64,000 bases of DNA from Amoebophrya sp. A120. Lineage: Eukaryota; Protista; Dinoflagellata. The stretch spans positions 10,917,367-10,981,366 of the forward strand of contig CAJINV010000003.1 of NCBI GenBank assembly GCA_905178155.1, read 5' to 3'. The translations under genes and the position numbers were made by a program. Numbering within the stretch: the first letter of the stretch is position 1; each line of letters starts with the position of its first letter. Below, one piece after another: positions 37,233 through 51,018 of this stretch. Under the pieces are notes generated by a model that had not been told where the DNA came from, searched no databases, and saw nothing but the letters and a program-made list of their open reading frames with translations.

Positions 37233-39104
37233 ATGAAGTCTTACACATACCTCTTGGTCGCTCAGTGGTCGGTCTTCCAACTTGCGACTGCGAGACAGCG
37301 CATGCTCCGGCGAGAGCCGCGACCGCTACCAGTTAGCGAGGAGGTGGTATCTCCATCGAGCCAGGCGCTCGGTCACCAAGAGCCAGATGAACAAGGAGCA
37401 AAAGACGACTCCTCAACCACTTTCCTCGCTCTCGGAGAAGACGAGGAACAGCATGGGGGTGCTAGAGCCAAGCCCAAGGCCACGAAGCGGAAAAATGAAA
37501 ATCGCGATGAACGAGGGGGTACAACTACAACTTCTCCCGACCACGGAGCGGCACAGCGTGTCAACCAAGGAGATAATTACGGAGACAAGGTGAACTATGA
37601 CCTGGATGCGATGGATAACGAAGGGTGCTCCAACCTGAACAAGTTGCATGTGCGAGAGTCGAGGTTGCGGTACAACGAGGACCCACTTTCGTATCAGATT
37701 CGGCAGCTGGGAACGATGCTGAGCCGCGCGGAACGCATCACGGACACGGATTCCACAGCGTTCCGTGAAGCCTACACAGCGGCACTGCAGCAGCGTGACT
37801 GTTTGTTCTGGCTCATCGACGAAGCAAAGGGCGAGCCGGAGCTTGCTTCTCACAAGGCGATCGACCATGCTGTGGAAGGTATTGATGATTTTCTTCGGAA
37901 CAATGAACTGCTTCGACGTGCAGAACGAAGCAAAGTAGACCATAGTGCATTTGCCGGCTTCTTTCGACAGCGGGTCGCTCGCACTTGCCTTTTTGAAAAG
38001 ACCTAAAACCAAGTACAAAAAATAAAAATAATGCGCTCAGTATACTTTTTTTGTTCATGATCATGGGCTCCGGTGAAAACCGCAAATCGGTAATACATAC
38101 TTACGATGCCGTCGTCGCGTCGTTCTTGAAGAAGATTTCGAACAATCAGACAAGAGTAAGCGGACCTGGTCTTTTTTGAAAACACACAGTTAGTGCTCTC
38201 GCGCGCGCCGGTGATATCAGCGCGTTGGAGAAGCGGTACCGCACCCTGTTCAGCGGGGAGGAGAAGCCACGCCATTTGAAGTCGGATGTTTCAACCAGCG
38301 ATGTCTTGCGAAACAAGGTCCGAAGTGGTGAGTTCGAGGACAAATTTGACAACTACCTTGCCATGCACTATGGAAGCATCAGCTTGGAAATCTACTGCAA
38401 AGTGGAAAGTGTAATGATCTGTGTAGAAGTTCGCAAAACGGGCAAGAATGTGCCAAGCGGTTGCTATTAAAGAGCACGCCGGGTGGCGAAAAAGCGGTCC
38501 CTCTCCCTATCATCTATTTCCCCTCCGGACCATAGAGACAGTGTGATGAATTGCTGTTGGGTGCTGTCTCAAAATAAAAATGCCATACGTCACCGCTTAC
38601 TAGGACAGAAGTCCGCTATTGCGGGGGGCCCAAGAACAGGCACAGCTATCCGCTCCATCAATATGCATGCACAAAAAATAAAAACTGTGATTGCAATTGC
38701 TATTGCACTTTGAAACTTTGTCGAAGATTTCCAATGGCTGACGCCTCCATATGCACATTGTGCAGGAGAACGACAACGCGCGCCCGGGGGAGAAAACCCT
38801 CCTGTCGGAGGGGACCGCGCACAACAGCGCGGGCGAGTCCATGGTGGACGTAGTGGAGAAGGCGGGCGCCTGGTTTGGGAAGCAGGAACGAGTAGCAAAG
38901 CGGCTGCGAGACGACTACAGCCAAATGCAAAATCACTTGGAGGCGGCTGCCGTCAGTCTGCCCGCAGACATCGAAGCGAACCCGCCGGAGTACCCGGACG
39001 GTATCGTGAATGGCGCGAAGGCACTGAAAAACCTGCGCAGCGTCGTGCCAAGCTTCATCCGTCACACGAAGGACAAACTGATGAAAATTTTCGAACAGGT
39101 TTGA
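37233..39104 (+). CDS. Putative secreted protein of unknown function, about 3 exons
   Basis: Signal-peptide-like MKSYTYLLVAQWSVFQLATA. Coding blocks at about 37233-37980, 38190-38368 and 38757-39104. The last join is in frame across a TIR intron. Confidence 0.55.
38369..38756 (+). mobile_element. Non-canonical TIR intron, family C
   Basis: DR ATGCAC; about 45-nt imperfect IR TATGGAAGCATCAGCTTGGAAATC... / ...GATTTCCAATGGCTGACGCCTCCATA; splicing gives LAMHIVQEND. Confidence 0.85.
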
Positions 39105-39577
39105 ATGTAGTTTGTCGAATTTAAGAACAAGAAAACAGCAATGCGAAAGTGCCCTGTAGTGCGTGAGAATGAGAAGTGTAAACGTTGTTGGGGATGATGA
39201 ACCTCCCGTCAAGAACACCCTCCTACCAGAAGAAGAAAAAGTAGGGTGCGCCATAGCAACATGAGGGTGACGAGTGCGGCGCCCAAACTCTCAGTTACTT
39301 AACCTTTCTGAATGTATGTCTATTATGAACCAATGAAAAATGATGTTTGTGCCTGTGTTTCTGTGTATGTGAATAACCACCGTAGTTCTTCTTCTTGTAT
39401 AAAAATAAACGAAACAATTCCCCCGCCCGTTTCAGTTTCTTACTCTTAGCACGTCGAAATTTTGCGAATGTAAGCTTTGTTGTAATTGTTGCCGGCTAAT
39501 ACTGATCAAGTAGAATGATGCAGCATAAAAATCTGCAATGATTCAGCACTACAGTCGTCCTCCCCGCCACGGACGAG

Positions 39578-42500
39578 ATGTTCGGAAGACATGGCCTGTC
39601 AGGTGACGGGAACTCGAAAAACACAAAGCCACAGCACAAACGCTCACAGTCTTGGAAGAGCGTGTCGACAGAGACAAATTCAAAACGCAAGGAGGGAAAG
39701 AAGCTGCTGGGAGAGAGGGAAAAGATAAGTAGCTCCATATGTTGTATCTATAACTGTGATTTAATGTAACTTGGAGCGACAAAGACAATAAAAATTGTGG
39801 AGCGAGAGCCGCACCTGAGCAGACTACAAAAACAAAAGTGGACAACAAGCGAAGCATTTCATTTCTCCTGCCGCCCTCGTCTTTTTTCGGATCCTGCCCT
39901 GCAGCATCAGACGAAAACAATGAACCAAGGTTTTATTCAACAAAAGAAGAGGTGTGGCTCTAAGTTCAGGCTCACTGCTATACTTTGCGATAGAACTACA
40001 AGTATCTGGTTTTATTGCTAGGGCAGGACTGGTGTTACTTACTCGTTTTTTGGTATTGCATCTTGCACCATCTTTCTTGTTTTTGTTACTTTGATTCGTC
40101 TTCTTCAGCTCGACGTTGATATCTTTCGTTTGCCGCTGACCGTGTGTACAATTAGAAAAGGAAATGGAGAACTCCTTGCAGGGCCTTTCGGTACTGGTGC
40201 CATACGAGCAGCAGCAGCTACTCAGTGCGCGTCAACAAGCAGAAAGGCAGAGCATTTTGGAGCAGTCCCTGCGTGGCGAATCAGCCTTCGTGCGGCTTTC
40301 CCTGGATGACCAGGACTTTTTCCACGATGCGTTGGAGGGAGAAGATGGGTCGTCAGCCTCATCTAGCAGCGGTCCTCGCGATCATGATAGGCCAAGATCG
40401 ACGTACTTGCTCGCGTTCAATTTTCGTTTTATCGTACAACATGAACATGAGTATCAATCGACTTGATGTTAGAATCTTTTGAAGAGAAGCACAGCTTCTC
40501 CTTCTGCTACTGATTGTTTTTGAAGAGATTCCACTGTCCTGATTTGTTTTTATGTCCTCGATCGTGTAGTGAAAAAAGGGAGCACCTGACAGATGATATT
40601 GATCAGGGTCGTTGTTCCACCTTCGGAGGTCCTTCATGGCGCAGCGCGTAATCGGGCGCCGGGGACTTCACCACTTCACAGTATGCGACCCGGTCTTGTT
40701 GGCCAGCAAGATGACCTCCGCACGAGTGCTTCCTCTCACGAGCGGCTCAGCGGGTCGCAGCAAATTCTCTCATCTCCGCTGCCAACCGTGTCGGATCTCA
40801 TCTGGGGCATGTCTTCTCTGGGCTCCTATCCATTGTTGAAAAAAAGTATCGTACTAGTCCCACTTAATATGTTAGTTGCACGACGACTGAAGTTGTAGTA
40901 ATTCTAGTTTCCTAAGAAGACATAACGGAATTATGTGTAATGCGCATGCTGGTAAGGAAAGTGAGTTGCATTTGTAGTGATGCTGCATGGCGCTTCGAAG
41001 AAAAAGTGTGAGCAGTGCGATGAAACTTTTTTGCCCGAGGATAGCTCTTCTGCTGAGCATCCAATCCAGCATTCGCAGCGCCTCGGGCTCGCGGGTAGGT
41101 CGCCTGCCGCGGGTGGAAGCGTCGCGCGCAATGTCAATAACGCTGGTGCTACAGACAGCTTCATCAGCCCGGTCGCCGGGAGGCCGCTAGGAAAAGTGGT
41201 AGAAGGCGAAGGTGGCACGACAAGAACTGGTGTGGACGCCGGCATGCGTGCGAACAACATTGGTGATTTTGGCGGCCTCAGACAAAAAGACGAAGAGAAG
41301 ATTGATCCTGAACTGCGGCACGAAGAAGAAGGCACTCCGTTGGCAGGTCGATATGTTGGATACGCCGCGTCTTCAGAGGCAGATAATGTAGATTTTCGTG
41401 ATAAAGACAAGTCTTGTTCACGCGACGGAATCCATTCAGCCGCACTGCTGGACGACGTCGTCGAGCCGAACAGAATAGAAAACAGTTCGGAACTGCAAGA
41501 ATCCGAAGCTGCGGTGCGGCGCGCGACTCCAGCAACAATCAATAAGTGGGAGCATGGAATCGACTTCAACCTCGAGCTTCCGGACTTAAACCATGCCAGC
41601 AGCAGCTCCTGCGCAACCACTTCCGAGCGGTTGCATGAAATGCGAGCGGCGGCGGTTCCCAATTGCCACCTGGAATCGTCACCGGAAGGAAGGGACCCGC
41701 TGCTCGACACGTTCTACTCCACCGGCACAGCCTGCTCTGCCGCCGCGCCCGCTGCCACGAATACTGATGAAACCGGCACGGCTGCCACGGACAAGGATGA
41801 AACGGGCCCCCGCGGACAGCAGCAGTGCCAGCCGAGAGCGCCGAAAATGGAGGCGGTCTCCCAAGCCACCAGAGGCTGCGACGAAGACGAACTCTCGCCA
41901 ATCAAGGCGGGCCGTTGCTTCGTCGAAGAAAGAGCTAGGACCAGCGGGGAAGACCAAGAAGTTAGGCGTGGAGTAGAGATCGATGATGCCACTCGTCCCA
42001 CTGCTTTAAACAAAAACCTGCAAAACGGGGAGGATCGCGCGGCATCTTCTCTTGATGGGGTTCCTGGTGCAGCTGCACTGCGTGAGGACTGCACCGAGGA
42101 CGTGACGACTCGCGTGGAGAAAGTGAAGCAGAATCTTCAGGAAAGCAGTGACCGTTTGCACGCGCGTGCACAGAAGCTACTGGAAGAGCTCCGCCTCGAG
42201 AACGACAATGCTCCAGCTTTGCCATTGCCAACCTTTGATCTTCCAGCTACAGCAGAAAGTCCCGAGGGGGAACCGATAGGCAGTGGCTTTGAAGACGGAA
42301 GCAAGATCAACAGGATTGACTGTGCTGGCATCAAACCGAACACAATGATGCCAAGAATTTGTGATGTGGACGACATCAAGGACAGCCAAGAGCTGCATCA
42401 GGCGCAAGAAGACAACATGTTGAGCCGCGAGCTTCATGTCGATGAAATCACACGTTCTTCGCAAAAGGAGCCTGGAGAGGGCGGGCTCGGGGAGCTGCCT

Positions 42501-45500
42501 GAGGCGCGCGGTTTCAGAGGAGTCACTAAGGCTGACTACGATAAACTTTATGCAAGAACCGCTACCGCAACCGCTTCTGTCCCGAACAAGGCTGAAACAA
42601 CGAGGACAACGAGTGCACCCAGGGAAAACGAAAAGGTGATGCAGGACCCCAGGCAAGATTTAGGTTGTACTCCCTGTCGAACATCTTCGAGCCCGGAGGC
42701 CGACGGCGGCGCGTGCAAGACATCGATACGAGATCAAGACGTACAAATTCAAATAACATAAACACAAATTGGAAGATGAAGTAGCGGAGGCAACTTTGTT
42801 TTTTTTTATTTGAAAAGAAGTACTACGTAGTAGATAGACGACTCCCGTTGTAATACCTCATCATCCTCTTGTTGTAGTTGCTCTTGATGATGTTGATGCT
42901 AGGCGACGACTTGAATTTGATCGAGATCGCGTCACATGTGCTAGTATGTGTACTACAATATAAATATGGAGGCGCGACGGCGACTCCATATTTATAGTTC
43001 CCAAAATGAACAAGAACAACAGAGCACGGATCGCCGGGGCTAAAGATACATGAAAAAGAGGAATTTGAAATGATGCAACCGCACCAGGTTAATATGCTGG
43101 GAACAAGTCCGCAGCTGGTCGACGAGACTGGAATGAAATTCACCACCCCACGTGCGAGCGGGGTGCTGCCAGATTGTGGTCTTGTTCGCGAGCCGCTTCG
43201 GGCGTCGGACAGCTTTCGTCGTGCCTCCCCAGATGCGGTAAAGTCAACATCACCACAGGAGCTGCGCCAGGAGCTATCTACTTCTGCTTTCCATACCCCA
43301 GCGAGCGTGTACCACTTGAGTGACCAAGGCAGTGTGAATCGCACCCTCGCGGAGGAAATGGTAGGGGATTGTTTGATATCCCCTGCAGCAAAAGTATCGC
43401 ACTCGTAGCAAGAACCGCAGGCACATCGTGCCGCAGCACAATTATGACAATATCATATATCTTTACTTTTTTTGTAAGCTAGATCAGCAACATTCCGCAA
43501 GCTTGCCATTCTTCTAAAGGAAATCGATATTCTCATGCAATAGGTACTGCTCAAATAAATAGATATAAAATTGATAAATTTGACGACTACGATAGCGATA
43601 CCTTTGCGATGCATATTTCACCTCTTACGACTTCGACTTCGAGGACGAGACTCCTGCAGCTGGTTACGCTTCAATCCGTAGCGGTACTTTCGAGCAGCCA
43701 CAGTGGAACAAGAGCAACAGCAAGGAATCCCATGACACGATCGCACACCAAACGCAAACCACGGACGATCCTGCTCCTCGTGGGGGTGCACGACGACTCG
43801 CGGCGGACAGTCAAGATCATGCTACCAACTCCACCCTGCTGCGCTCCCCAACGCCAACAAAAGGTGATGCAGGGTTGGCTCTTAATGATCTTCAGGAAAA
43901 TGCAATGGACAGACGAGGAGGATGTGGCGACGAAGACCACTTGGAGGATCAAAGCACGCCTTCAACACTACACGCCGTTGCAGCAGCTGCGCGTAGTTGT
44001 AGCACTGCCAATCACGACGTCAATGTCAGAAACATGGCGGAGAATGCTAATGCATCTGGGGACGAAGAGCCTCCTGCAGCCGCGCTTGCGTCCCTGAACT
44101 CCAATGCGCACTCGAGCTTGTCCACAGCCTCCAGCAATGTTCCCACGATTCTTCTGGCAGAGCCAGAAGATGTCGAACTACACGCAGAACAATTGTGTGT
44201 CAACCCTGCCGCGAACAAGAACATCAAGAACCACCAGCAGGAAGATTGCCGCATTTTTGACGACGATGATTCGGCGAGTGGCACATTCAAAACTCTAACG
44301 CCCGGAGGAGCTACGAGGGAACGATCTAGTCGTAGTCAGGACGATGCAGGAGCATTAGAACTTCAGCAAGGTCGTGAGAAGTCTCCTTTTTTTGCTTCAG
44401 CGCTGAGCATCTCCAGCACCCGAGAAGAGCAAGCTGCTGCAAGCACGGGGCCACCAAATGATCTTGACGCTCTTGATAAGGCGACGCTGGGCGGAAGTCT
44501 TGTGAAGCTAAGCAGCTCCTTCGAGCAGATGGGAGAAACTCTAGGCCAGACGCAAATGTTCAGCGCATTGGATCACATGGTCGAAGCTCCTGTGCAGCAC
44601 CAAGAGCGGTCTGATGAAGGAACCTTCAGACCGGACAACGACAGCTGCAAGAGCAACCGTGAGTCTCTCGTCGAACAAAGACCGCAGAATGAGCTACTGC
44701 TGGCAGGAGAGAAACAGGAACAACAGCAAAAACATTGGTCGAACTCATCATCAATTATGATAGAGGGCCGGGAGCAGGACGAGCAGCAGGACGAGCAGCA
44801 CCATGTGATTTTTGACAAGAAGCACATCACCGACACGCGGACGAGCTTGACTGAGCTGGATACAGGAGCAGCCACGGAGGACGAACATTCCTGCTCAACC
44901 ACGGTTGGAGGCACTGCAACAGGCTACATATGCACTTCAAAAGTATCGGTACCGCCCTAGTAGAAGTAGTTGTAAAAATAATTATTGCACCACACTTGTT
45001 CCAGTTCTTTAGTGAAAATGAAATTTTTTGTGATGCTCATTGAGAGGGCAGGAAGGGAAGGCAGGTGAGGTCTCTGCTCCTGCTGCCAGAAAGGAATTAC
45101 TTTTGATATGGCGAGTGCGATACTTTTGCAAAGGATACTACAACTCGGTGAGCGAAATCACGACTGCGTCAAACTTTCCCTTCTCTGGATACACCACAAA
45201 AAGCAGCAATCTGTTGCTGCCGTCCACAGTTAGTACTAGGCGCACTGGACGAGCAGGAACTACGGCAGCCGCGGACGAGGCGGACTCGGCCTCGGGCACC
45301 TCGACAGGAAGGGAAGAAGAACTGCTCGACGAGCAGCTGTCTGTACCACATCAAGAAGATGAAGCCCGACACTGTGCTGTTGAGGGTACGCGCACTACGT
45401 CTCCCCACAGCAACTCTGTGGCCCCAACAACCACAAGCTCACGAGCAGTCCCAAGTAGAAGTGTCGAAAGTAGAGGACCACTAGTCCCGCAGCGGCAATT

Positions 45501-47215
45501 AAAGACGCCGGGACAGCATCAGCCTCAGCTAGTGCACGGCCCCAGTGTACGGCGAAGCGCCGCTGGTCATGAGGCGGCTGGACACAAATTGCACGCGGAG
45601 CAGCGTCGCGATCTGCATCGCGCGGACCGGGACAAAATGCCTCGGCCGACATTGTGGTCAAAAAATAACAACAAGCCAGACGTAGCAGGAGCTGGTGCGA
45701 ACTTTACGTCTGCACGGCCCCACTTAGAAACAAGCGGCAGGAACGTCCTGGCTTCTAAAAATGCTGGGCGCGGTGGCAGCGACTCCCGTCGACCGTCTGA
45801 CGGTGCTCCGGCTGCCCCCCCAAGCCCGGAACAAGTGACCCGGTACCGGGCACTGCGCGTACCGCGCAGCCTGCAGCAGAAGCATTCCGCCGGTCAAGAA
45901 CAACCACACGAGCAATTACACCCTGAGGACAGCGCCGTGCCCTCGCTATCGTCGACGACGGAAGACCCGAATGGAGCTTTGCAGCACTCGTCGAGTTCAA
46001 ACGCGCTCAACAGGCTCCGGACCTCGTCGGACTCCAACACAACAGGGAGATCGCTTCTGGACAATTTGTCGAAGGTGATGCATCGTGGGCAGTATCGGCG
46101 TTGCAAATGTGTCTGGGTCGTCCGAAAAGGTGCAGATAACTTGTCGTGACGCAGCGCCCTATCACTAATCAGTATACGTACAAAGTAATACAAAGTAAAA
46201 AACGCGTCTCACTATTAAGAGGTGGAGGCATTCTTTTTCTTGCCAAATCGTTGTATAATATACTTGTTCCGACGATGAAGATGCTACGCCACTTATTCGA
46301 GACCTTCGCGGCCAATCAAAACGTTGTACATGCACTCTTGGTCTTGATGCACACCCAGACATATTTGCATGCGATGGGCAGCAACGAGCTCACAACGAAC
46401 ACGCCGTGATGAATAACGGTCAAGCACAGGGGGCGCACTCAAAGGAGCTCCGGGAGCAGCAGCTACGCCGAGCAGCAGAAAACGCTGAAGCGCATCGAGC
46501 CCGTCTCTTGCGCGGCCGTGGTCGATCTCAAACAGACGGCCGCATCGATGGTAATGCCAAGACCGCCCCTGGTGGAGGTGGTGCTCATCACCCAGGAACA
46601 GTAGCAGCTGCTCTGCCCTCTGCAGCATCTTCAACGCGCGGGTCGAAAGCGAAGAAAGGAAAGGATCAGCTTCAATTTCAACGACATAACGCAGAGAAAA
46701 TGAAAAACAAAAAGAACCTTGATGTCAGGGACGAAGCCGCTAGCATTTCATTCTCCAGCGGCCATGGGACAGAAAGACTAGGAGAGCAGCTTGAAGACGG
46801 GTCATCCATTCCTCGAGCGCGGTCCATGTCGACGTGCTCCTCCTCGCGCATGCAGCGCGTCACCGCAACCTCGGCGAGTGCTTCTGCAAAGATGCGAAGT
46901 GCTGCCCCCGATGCGGCTTTTGCAGGCGGCCAAGAGCAAGCCGCGCCGCAGCAAGTTTTTCAGGACAAAGTAGTTGCTGCGTCGTCGTCCTCGCAGCAGG
47001 AGCTTGATAATGCGGGAGATAAATCTTGGTCAGGCGCCGCAGAAGAGTACCAGGATGCTAATACTCCTACGCAGCTGCCACACGGCAGCACCGCAGCGCC
47101 TGAGCCGCCTTCCGAAACGAAAATCTTTCGAATTGCTGAAGCGGTCCGGATAGCGCCCGGTCTACCGCCAGAGCTGCGTGGAGACCTGCTTTCACTCCTG
47201 GAATCGCGGAAATAG
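39578..47215 (+). CDS. Long low-complexity, probably disordered hypothetical protein, multi-exon
   Basis: Co-oriented long ORFs at 40977-42761, 43875-44960, 45040-46149 and 46406-47215. The join across 46093-46381 is in frame. Start is uncertain. Confidence 0.5.
46093..46381 (+). mobile_element. Non-canonical TIR intron, family A
   Basis: DR TGGGCAG; TGCAAATGTGTCTGGGT / ACCCAGACATATTTGCA; joins ORFs 45040 and 46406 in frame. Confidence 0.85.
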
Positions 47216-47702
47216 CACACAGCTGCAGCACACCAGCTGTACCTGCAAGGATGATGATGATGATGATGAACGACGAAGATGAGAGCAGGTTTAGGGTTTT
47301 GATGGAGGACGGGTCGCGCAGCTGCACAGCAGCCACCCTAGTATAGAAATGAACGACGCGGCGGTGGCCCGTTTCAATGACTCCAATTTATCAGTATGAA
47401 CTTTCTTCGGTGCGTGAGGAGGTGGATGATCGAAAGCTGGGCATCGCCAATCCTGGTTTATTGGTTGCCCGTTGGAATCGTGAAGTAGATCATGGATTAA
47501 GCCTATTTTTTTCGAAAGCTGGGAGCAAAACCCTAGTCGCAGGACGGTCCGCCATTGTGCTGCATCGTGAAAGTCTAAGCCTAGTTCGGTTGCTGCCCTC
47601 CATTGGAAAAGATCGTCACTGTGATCCTTGGATCCCCCAAAAGCTCTTTCGATCTGCTGGTGCCAAGTCTCCATTTATTTAGGCACGCCATTATATCAAC
47701 AT

Positions 47703-47825
47703 TTAAACGCCAAACCATACCAGCCCTGTTTAAAGTCATTAAGAAACTTGAAGAGAGTCGACGACCAAGAGAACCCGAACATCAGCAAAAACCCCTTCAG
47801 CAAAGTTGTGAACTTCAGCGTTCAC
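47703..47825. repeat. Split direct repeat A, terminal copy (123 bp)
   Basis: TTAAACGCCAAACC...TTCAGCGTTCAC, identical to 52793-52915. Confidence 0.95.
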
Positions 47826-49390
47826 GACGCCCCCTTGGTCACGCCCGCTATGCCCGGGCTCAGGGAGGAGACATAGCGACAAAGGCCGCGCACGCTCAGC
47901 AAGTCCCCCAGACTCGCCGACCTGTTGGTGATGTCGGCCACCAGCTTCTCGATGTTTGCAACACATTTCGCCACCTTCTCCTGTGGAATGAACACGGACA
48001 GACGAGACCCGTCCGGACTCAGGTCGTAGGCGATCCCCAGGGACACCAAGACCCGCTGCACAGTGTGCGACTCTGATTTTTTGTGTGCAACAGTCCAGCC
48101 GGTCAGTGCTAGATACAAATCCAGAAGGGCTGCACAGGACGCCAGGGCCCGAAGGCGCGCGAACAGCGTCGCGTCGTCTATATAAAATGGACAAGCGAGG
48201 CGCAGCAAAGTCACACAGATCAACATGTGGACTTCACTGACCCCGATGCAATCAAACACAGACCCGAGACTGCCAAACAGGGCAACGTAGGACTTGATCA
48301 CCCGCCATTGCCGTGCGCCGCGGCAGCTCTTCCCCCGGGGCCGTGGTAATGCAACAAGATTCTCGCCAGGCGTGGACACGCAAAGCTGGTAGTAGTAGCC
48401 CTCTAGGTCGCGAGTAGCCAATGCCGCGGTAAAACCGAACTCGTCGCCCGGCTCCCTGCTCTCATCCGTAGCAGCCGCGCGGCACGGGGGAAGCGCGAAA
48501 GGCTTCGCGTGATTCCGCAGAAAAGCCCGCTCACAAAAGGTGTCGGCGATTACATCCCTCTTGGTCTGGAAACAGGACGCAACCGAACCGGACGAACTCG
48601 CGCACAGCTCCGCGACCTCCACGGAGTGGCGGGGCCCCAGGAGGCGAATCCTATCCGCCGGCCGCATGTGTTTGTTGTGCGGTCTGAAATCTACACAGAG
48701 CCGCGTCTTGTTCTTTTGCTCAACTGGGAACCCGATCGCCGGAACGGAAGAAAGAGGCGCGGCGGGATCAAGTTCGACCCAGATGCCGGCAGCGATATTG
48801 GCGTCTGCCTGCCTCTCCATCTCCAGCACCTGTTCCTCTGACGCCCAATGATCGGCCGGCGGACGCCATTTGGCAGGATCCAGCACCGGAGGAGCAGCCC
48901 CCTGCGCATCATCTGCAGTCGGCAAGGCTTCTCTCCAGAACCCGCAGGGGGGAATGTCGCCCCGTGTGGTAACACCAGTCAGGAGCTTCTGCCTGCACGC
49001 CTTCATCTTTAGCTTGTCCGCCGGCGTCACGAACGGGTCCTGAAGCCTGTCCACCGCGAGGTCCAGAAGGAAAAACCACATCTCCAGCTGCTTCCCGTGG
49101 TTTTGATAATTCACCCGCATATGCTCCGGCAGACCCTTCATCGTTATCTCGTTGGCGCCCCGGGTAGCCGAATGCACTGACACGAGCCACCGCGCAAGGA
49201 TTTCGTTTCTCGCTATAGTTTCCCGTGCGGGGGTTCGCTTTAGCTCCTGTACAACGTCTCGCATCATCCAGGGCATGACAGACCGACACCCATAGGACCG
49301 ACGCTGATCAAAGATCTCCCCCGCGTGGATCAGGTCCTTCTTCTCATCGTCGGGGGCGGGTGGGAGGGCCATCTTGTTGCAGTTCGTCAT
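47822..49390 (-). CDS. Reverse transcriptase, no recognisable RNase H
   Basis: RLCVDFRPHN, TRDLEGYYYQL, LFGSLGSV, FYIDDA, GWTVAHKKS, SLGI, then thumb-like IPQEKVAK...LLSVRGLCRYVS. The stop codon lies inside repeat A. Confidence 0.88.
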   Translation of the reverse strand: MTNCNKMALPPAPDDEKKDLIHAGEIFDQRRSYGCRSVMPWMMRDVVQELKRTPARETIARNEILARWLVSVHSATRGANEITMKGLPEHMRVNYQNHGKQLEMWFFLLDLAVDRLQDPFVTPADKLKMKACRQKLLTGVTTRGDIPPCGFWREALPTADDAQGAAPPVLDPAKWRPPADHWASEEQVLEMERQADANIAAGIWVELDPAAPLSSVPAIGFPVEQKNKTRLCVDFRPHNKHMRPADRIRLLGPRHSVEVAELCASSSGSVASCFQTKRDVIADTFCERAFLRNHAKPFALPPCRAAATDESREPGDEFGFTAALATRDLEGYYYQLCVSTPGENLVALPRPRGKSCRGARQWRVIKSYVALFGSLGSVFDCIGVSEVHMLICVTLLRLACPFYIDDATLFARLRALASCAALLDLYLALTGWTVAHKKSESHTVQRVLVSLGIAYDLSPDGSRLSVFIPQEKVAKCVANIEKLVADITNRSASLGDLLSVRGLCRYVSSLSPGIAGVTKGAS

Positions 49391-50199
49391 CTCCCGCTCG
49401 CAGCGAAATAAATAAGGAGATGCGCACACGCTCACGGAGAGATCGCTCACAAGCACCTCAACGAACAGAACACTCACAATCAGTCACACTCACCTCGCGC
49501 TCACATCAATCAGTCAAAAAGAAACACAAGAGTGGCACGGACGTTTGTGCCCGCGTCAGCCTGTTTCACGAATTCACGGAGGTAGGACACACACAATCAC
49601 CGATCTCTCTCTCAAACACAATTATCAGCAGTGCAGGTGGGTTGATAGGCTTCGTAAGGTGTCGACGCAGTAAAACAACATACAGTACTAGATAAAATCG
49701 AATCCCGGCGCTGGCGTAGACCTGAAGGTATGTTTATGGTTTTAGCAAAAAGTCGACACCTCATCCAGCCTATCAACCCACAGGTCAGGATCGATGGCAA
49801 GGAAATCGGGTCAGATTAGTCAGGAGTTAGAGCATCCGCCATCTCAGGCTCAAGATCAAGATCTTCACACTCCAGCTTTTGAATGCAAGAGCAAAAGCAG
49901 GAAGTAGCAGCATCAAATATCCAAGTGGAGCAGCGTTGCTTTGCAACTCAGAGACGGGCCGGCGGAGAGCCAATGCCTGTGCGTGAGTTCTAAGACAGGG
50001 CAGGGAACACACTGATGCGAAACAATAGCAAACTAACTAAACTCTACTAGGCAGAAACTTCTTTTTACAACCAAGGCACCTCTACACACTCAAGCTTCGT
50101 TTTCTGGTTTGTAGTAGTTCCACAATGTGGAACATCCAAACACGCGATAAGTGCGCGGCGGCAGATGTCAACACCTAGGCGATGTAAACAAAAAAAAAC

Positions 50200-51018
50200 C
50201 TAGGACGCAAGCTCTTGCAGCTTATCGTCCGAAATAGCGAACCCCTTCAGGTCGCGAACAAATTTCAGGCGGTCCAATGAGCCGGAGTGAGCAAATTTAC
50301 AGGCTGCACCCCGGGCGCAGGAGCCTTTCATCCAGTCATGGCAAAGCAGAGGGGTACTAAACTTGCGGCCCGCCCCGGTGTCGCCCTCCCCCGGGCGCTT
50401 GCGGCCCGCATGAGCCTGAATCGTGTCGAGCTTCTTGGACATCTTGGACATGGCGGAGTCGAGGATGCTCGTCACCTTGCGCTCGATCTCGGCCGTCATG
50501 CTGTTCTTCTCCTTCTCCAGCTCCGCAGCAGTACGCATCGCAGCCTTCAAAGAGACAGTGAGGGCAACTCTGCACCGGAACTGGTAGGGGTTCGCCTGCC
50601 CCGCCGGGGCGGCCGGCATGCTCTGGACGACGCCCTTGGCCTTCTCAAAGTACATGTCCCACACCTTCTTCTTCGGGAGGCCGACGGCGGACGGGGTCAG
50701 CATGTCGCCGGTGTGGAGCTTCGTGACGTACTGGATCATTGTGTTGGCCTGATCATCATCAAAAAGACCGATGGCGCGCAGAACACCGCAGAACTGCTGC
50801 GGGGCCATCTCCTTGGCCGCCATGTCAATCATGGCCATCATCTGCTCCCCATCGTACCGGCGGCGGTACTTTTGGGTCGTGCCGAAGGTGGGCTTGTACT
50901 CCTCCGGGATGTTCTCGACCGCAGCATTGTGGGCAACCAGTTGCGCCGCGGTGGGTAACTGGACCCCTGCGTCTCCAAGGAGACCCATGAATTGCTGCGC
51001 AGCGTTTGCATTGGCCAT
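50200..51018 (-). CDS. Gag-like protein with coiled coil and C-terminal CCCH zinc finger
   Basis: Likely start MANANAAQQ at 51018. CHDWMKGSCARGAACKFAH is C-x7-C-x5-C-x3-H. Lies inside the element; the gag role is inferred. Confidence 0.7.
   Translation of the reverse strand: MANANAAQQFMGLLGDAGVQLPTAAQLVAHNAAVENIPEEYKPTFGTTQKYRRRYDGEQMMAMIDMAAKEMAPQQFCGVLRAIGLFDDDQANTMIQYVTKLHTGDMLTPSAVGLPKKKVWDMYFEKAKGVVQSMPAAPAGQANPYQFRCRVALTVSLKAAMRTAAELEKEKNSMTAEIERKVTSILDSAMSKMSKKLDTIQAHAGRKRPGEGDTGAGRKFSTPLLCHDWMKGSCARGAACKFAHSGSLDRLKFVRDLKGFAISDDKLQELAS

Noticed and set aside
47739-48194. Alternative-frame ORF ending VRVLLVVDS, faintly RNase H-like
   Set aside because: No upstream D or E catalytic motifs, overlaps the RT frame, and the segment is just repeat A.
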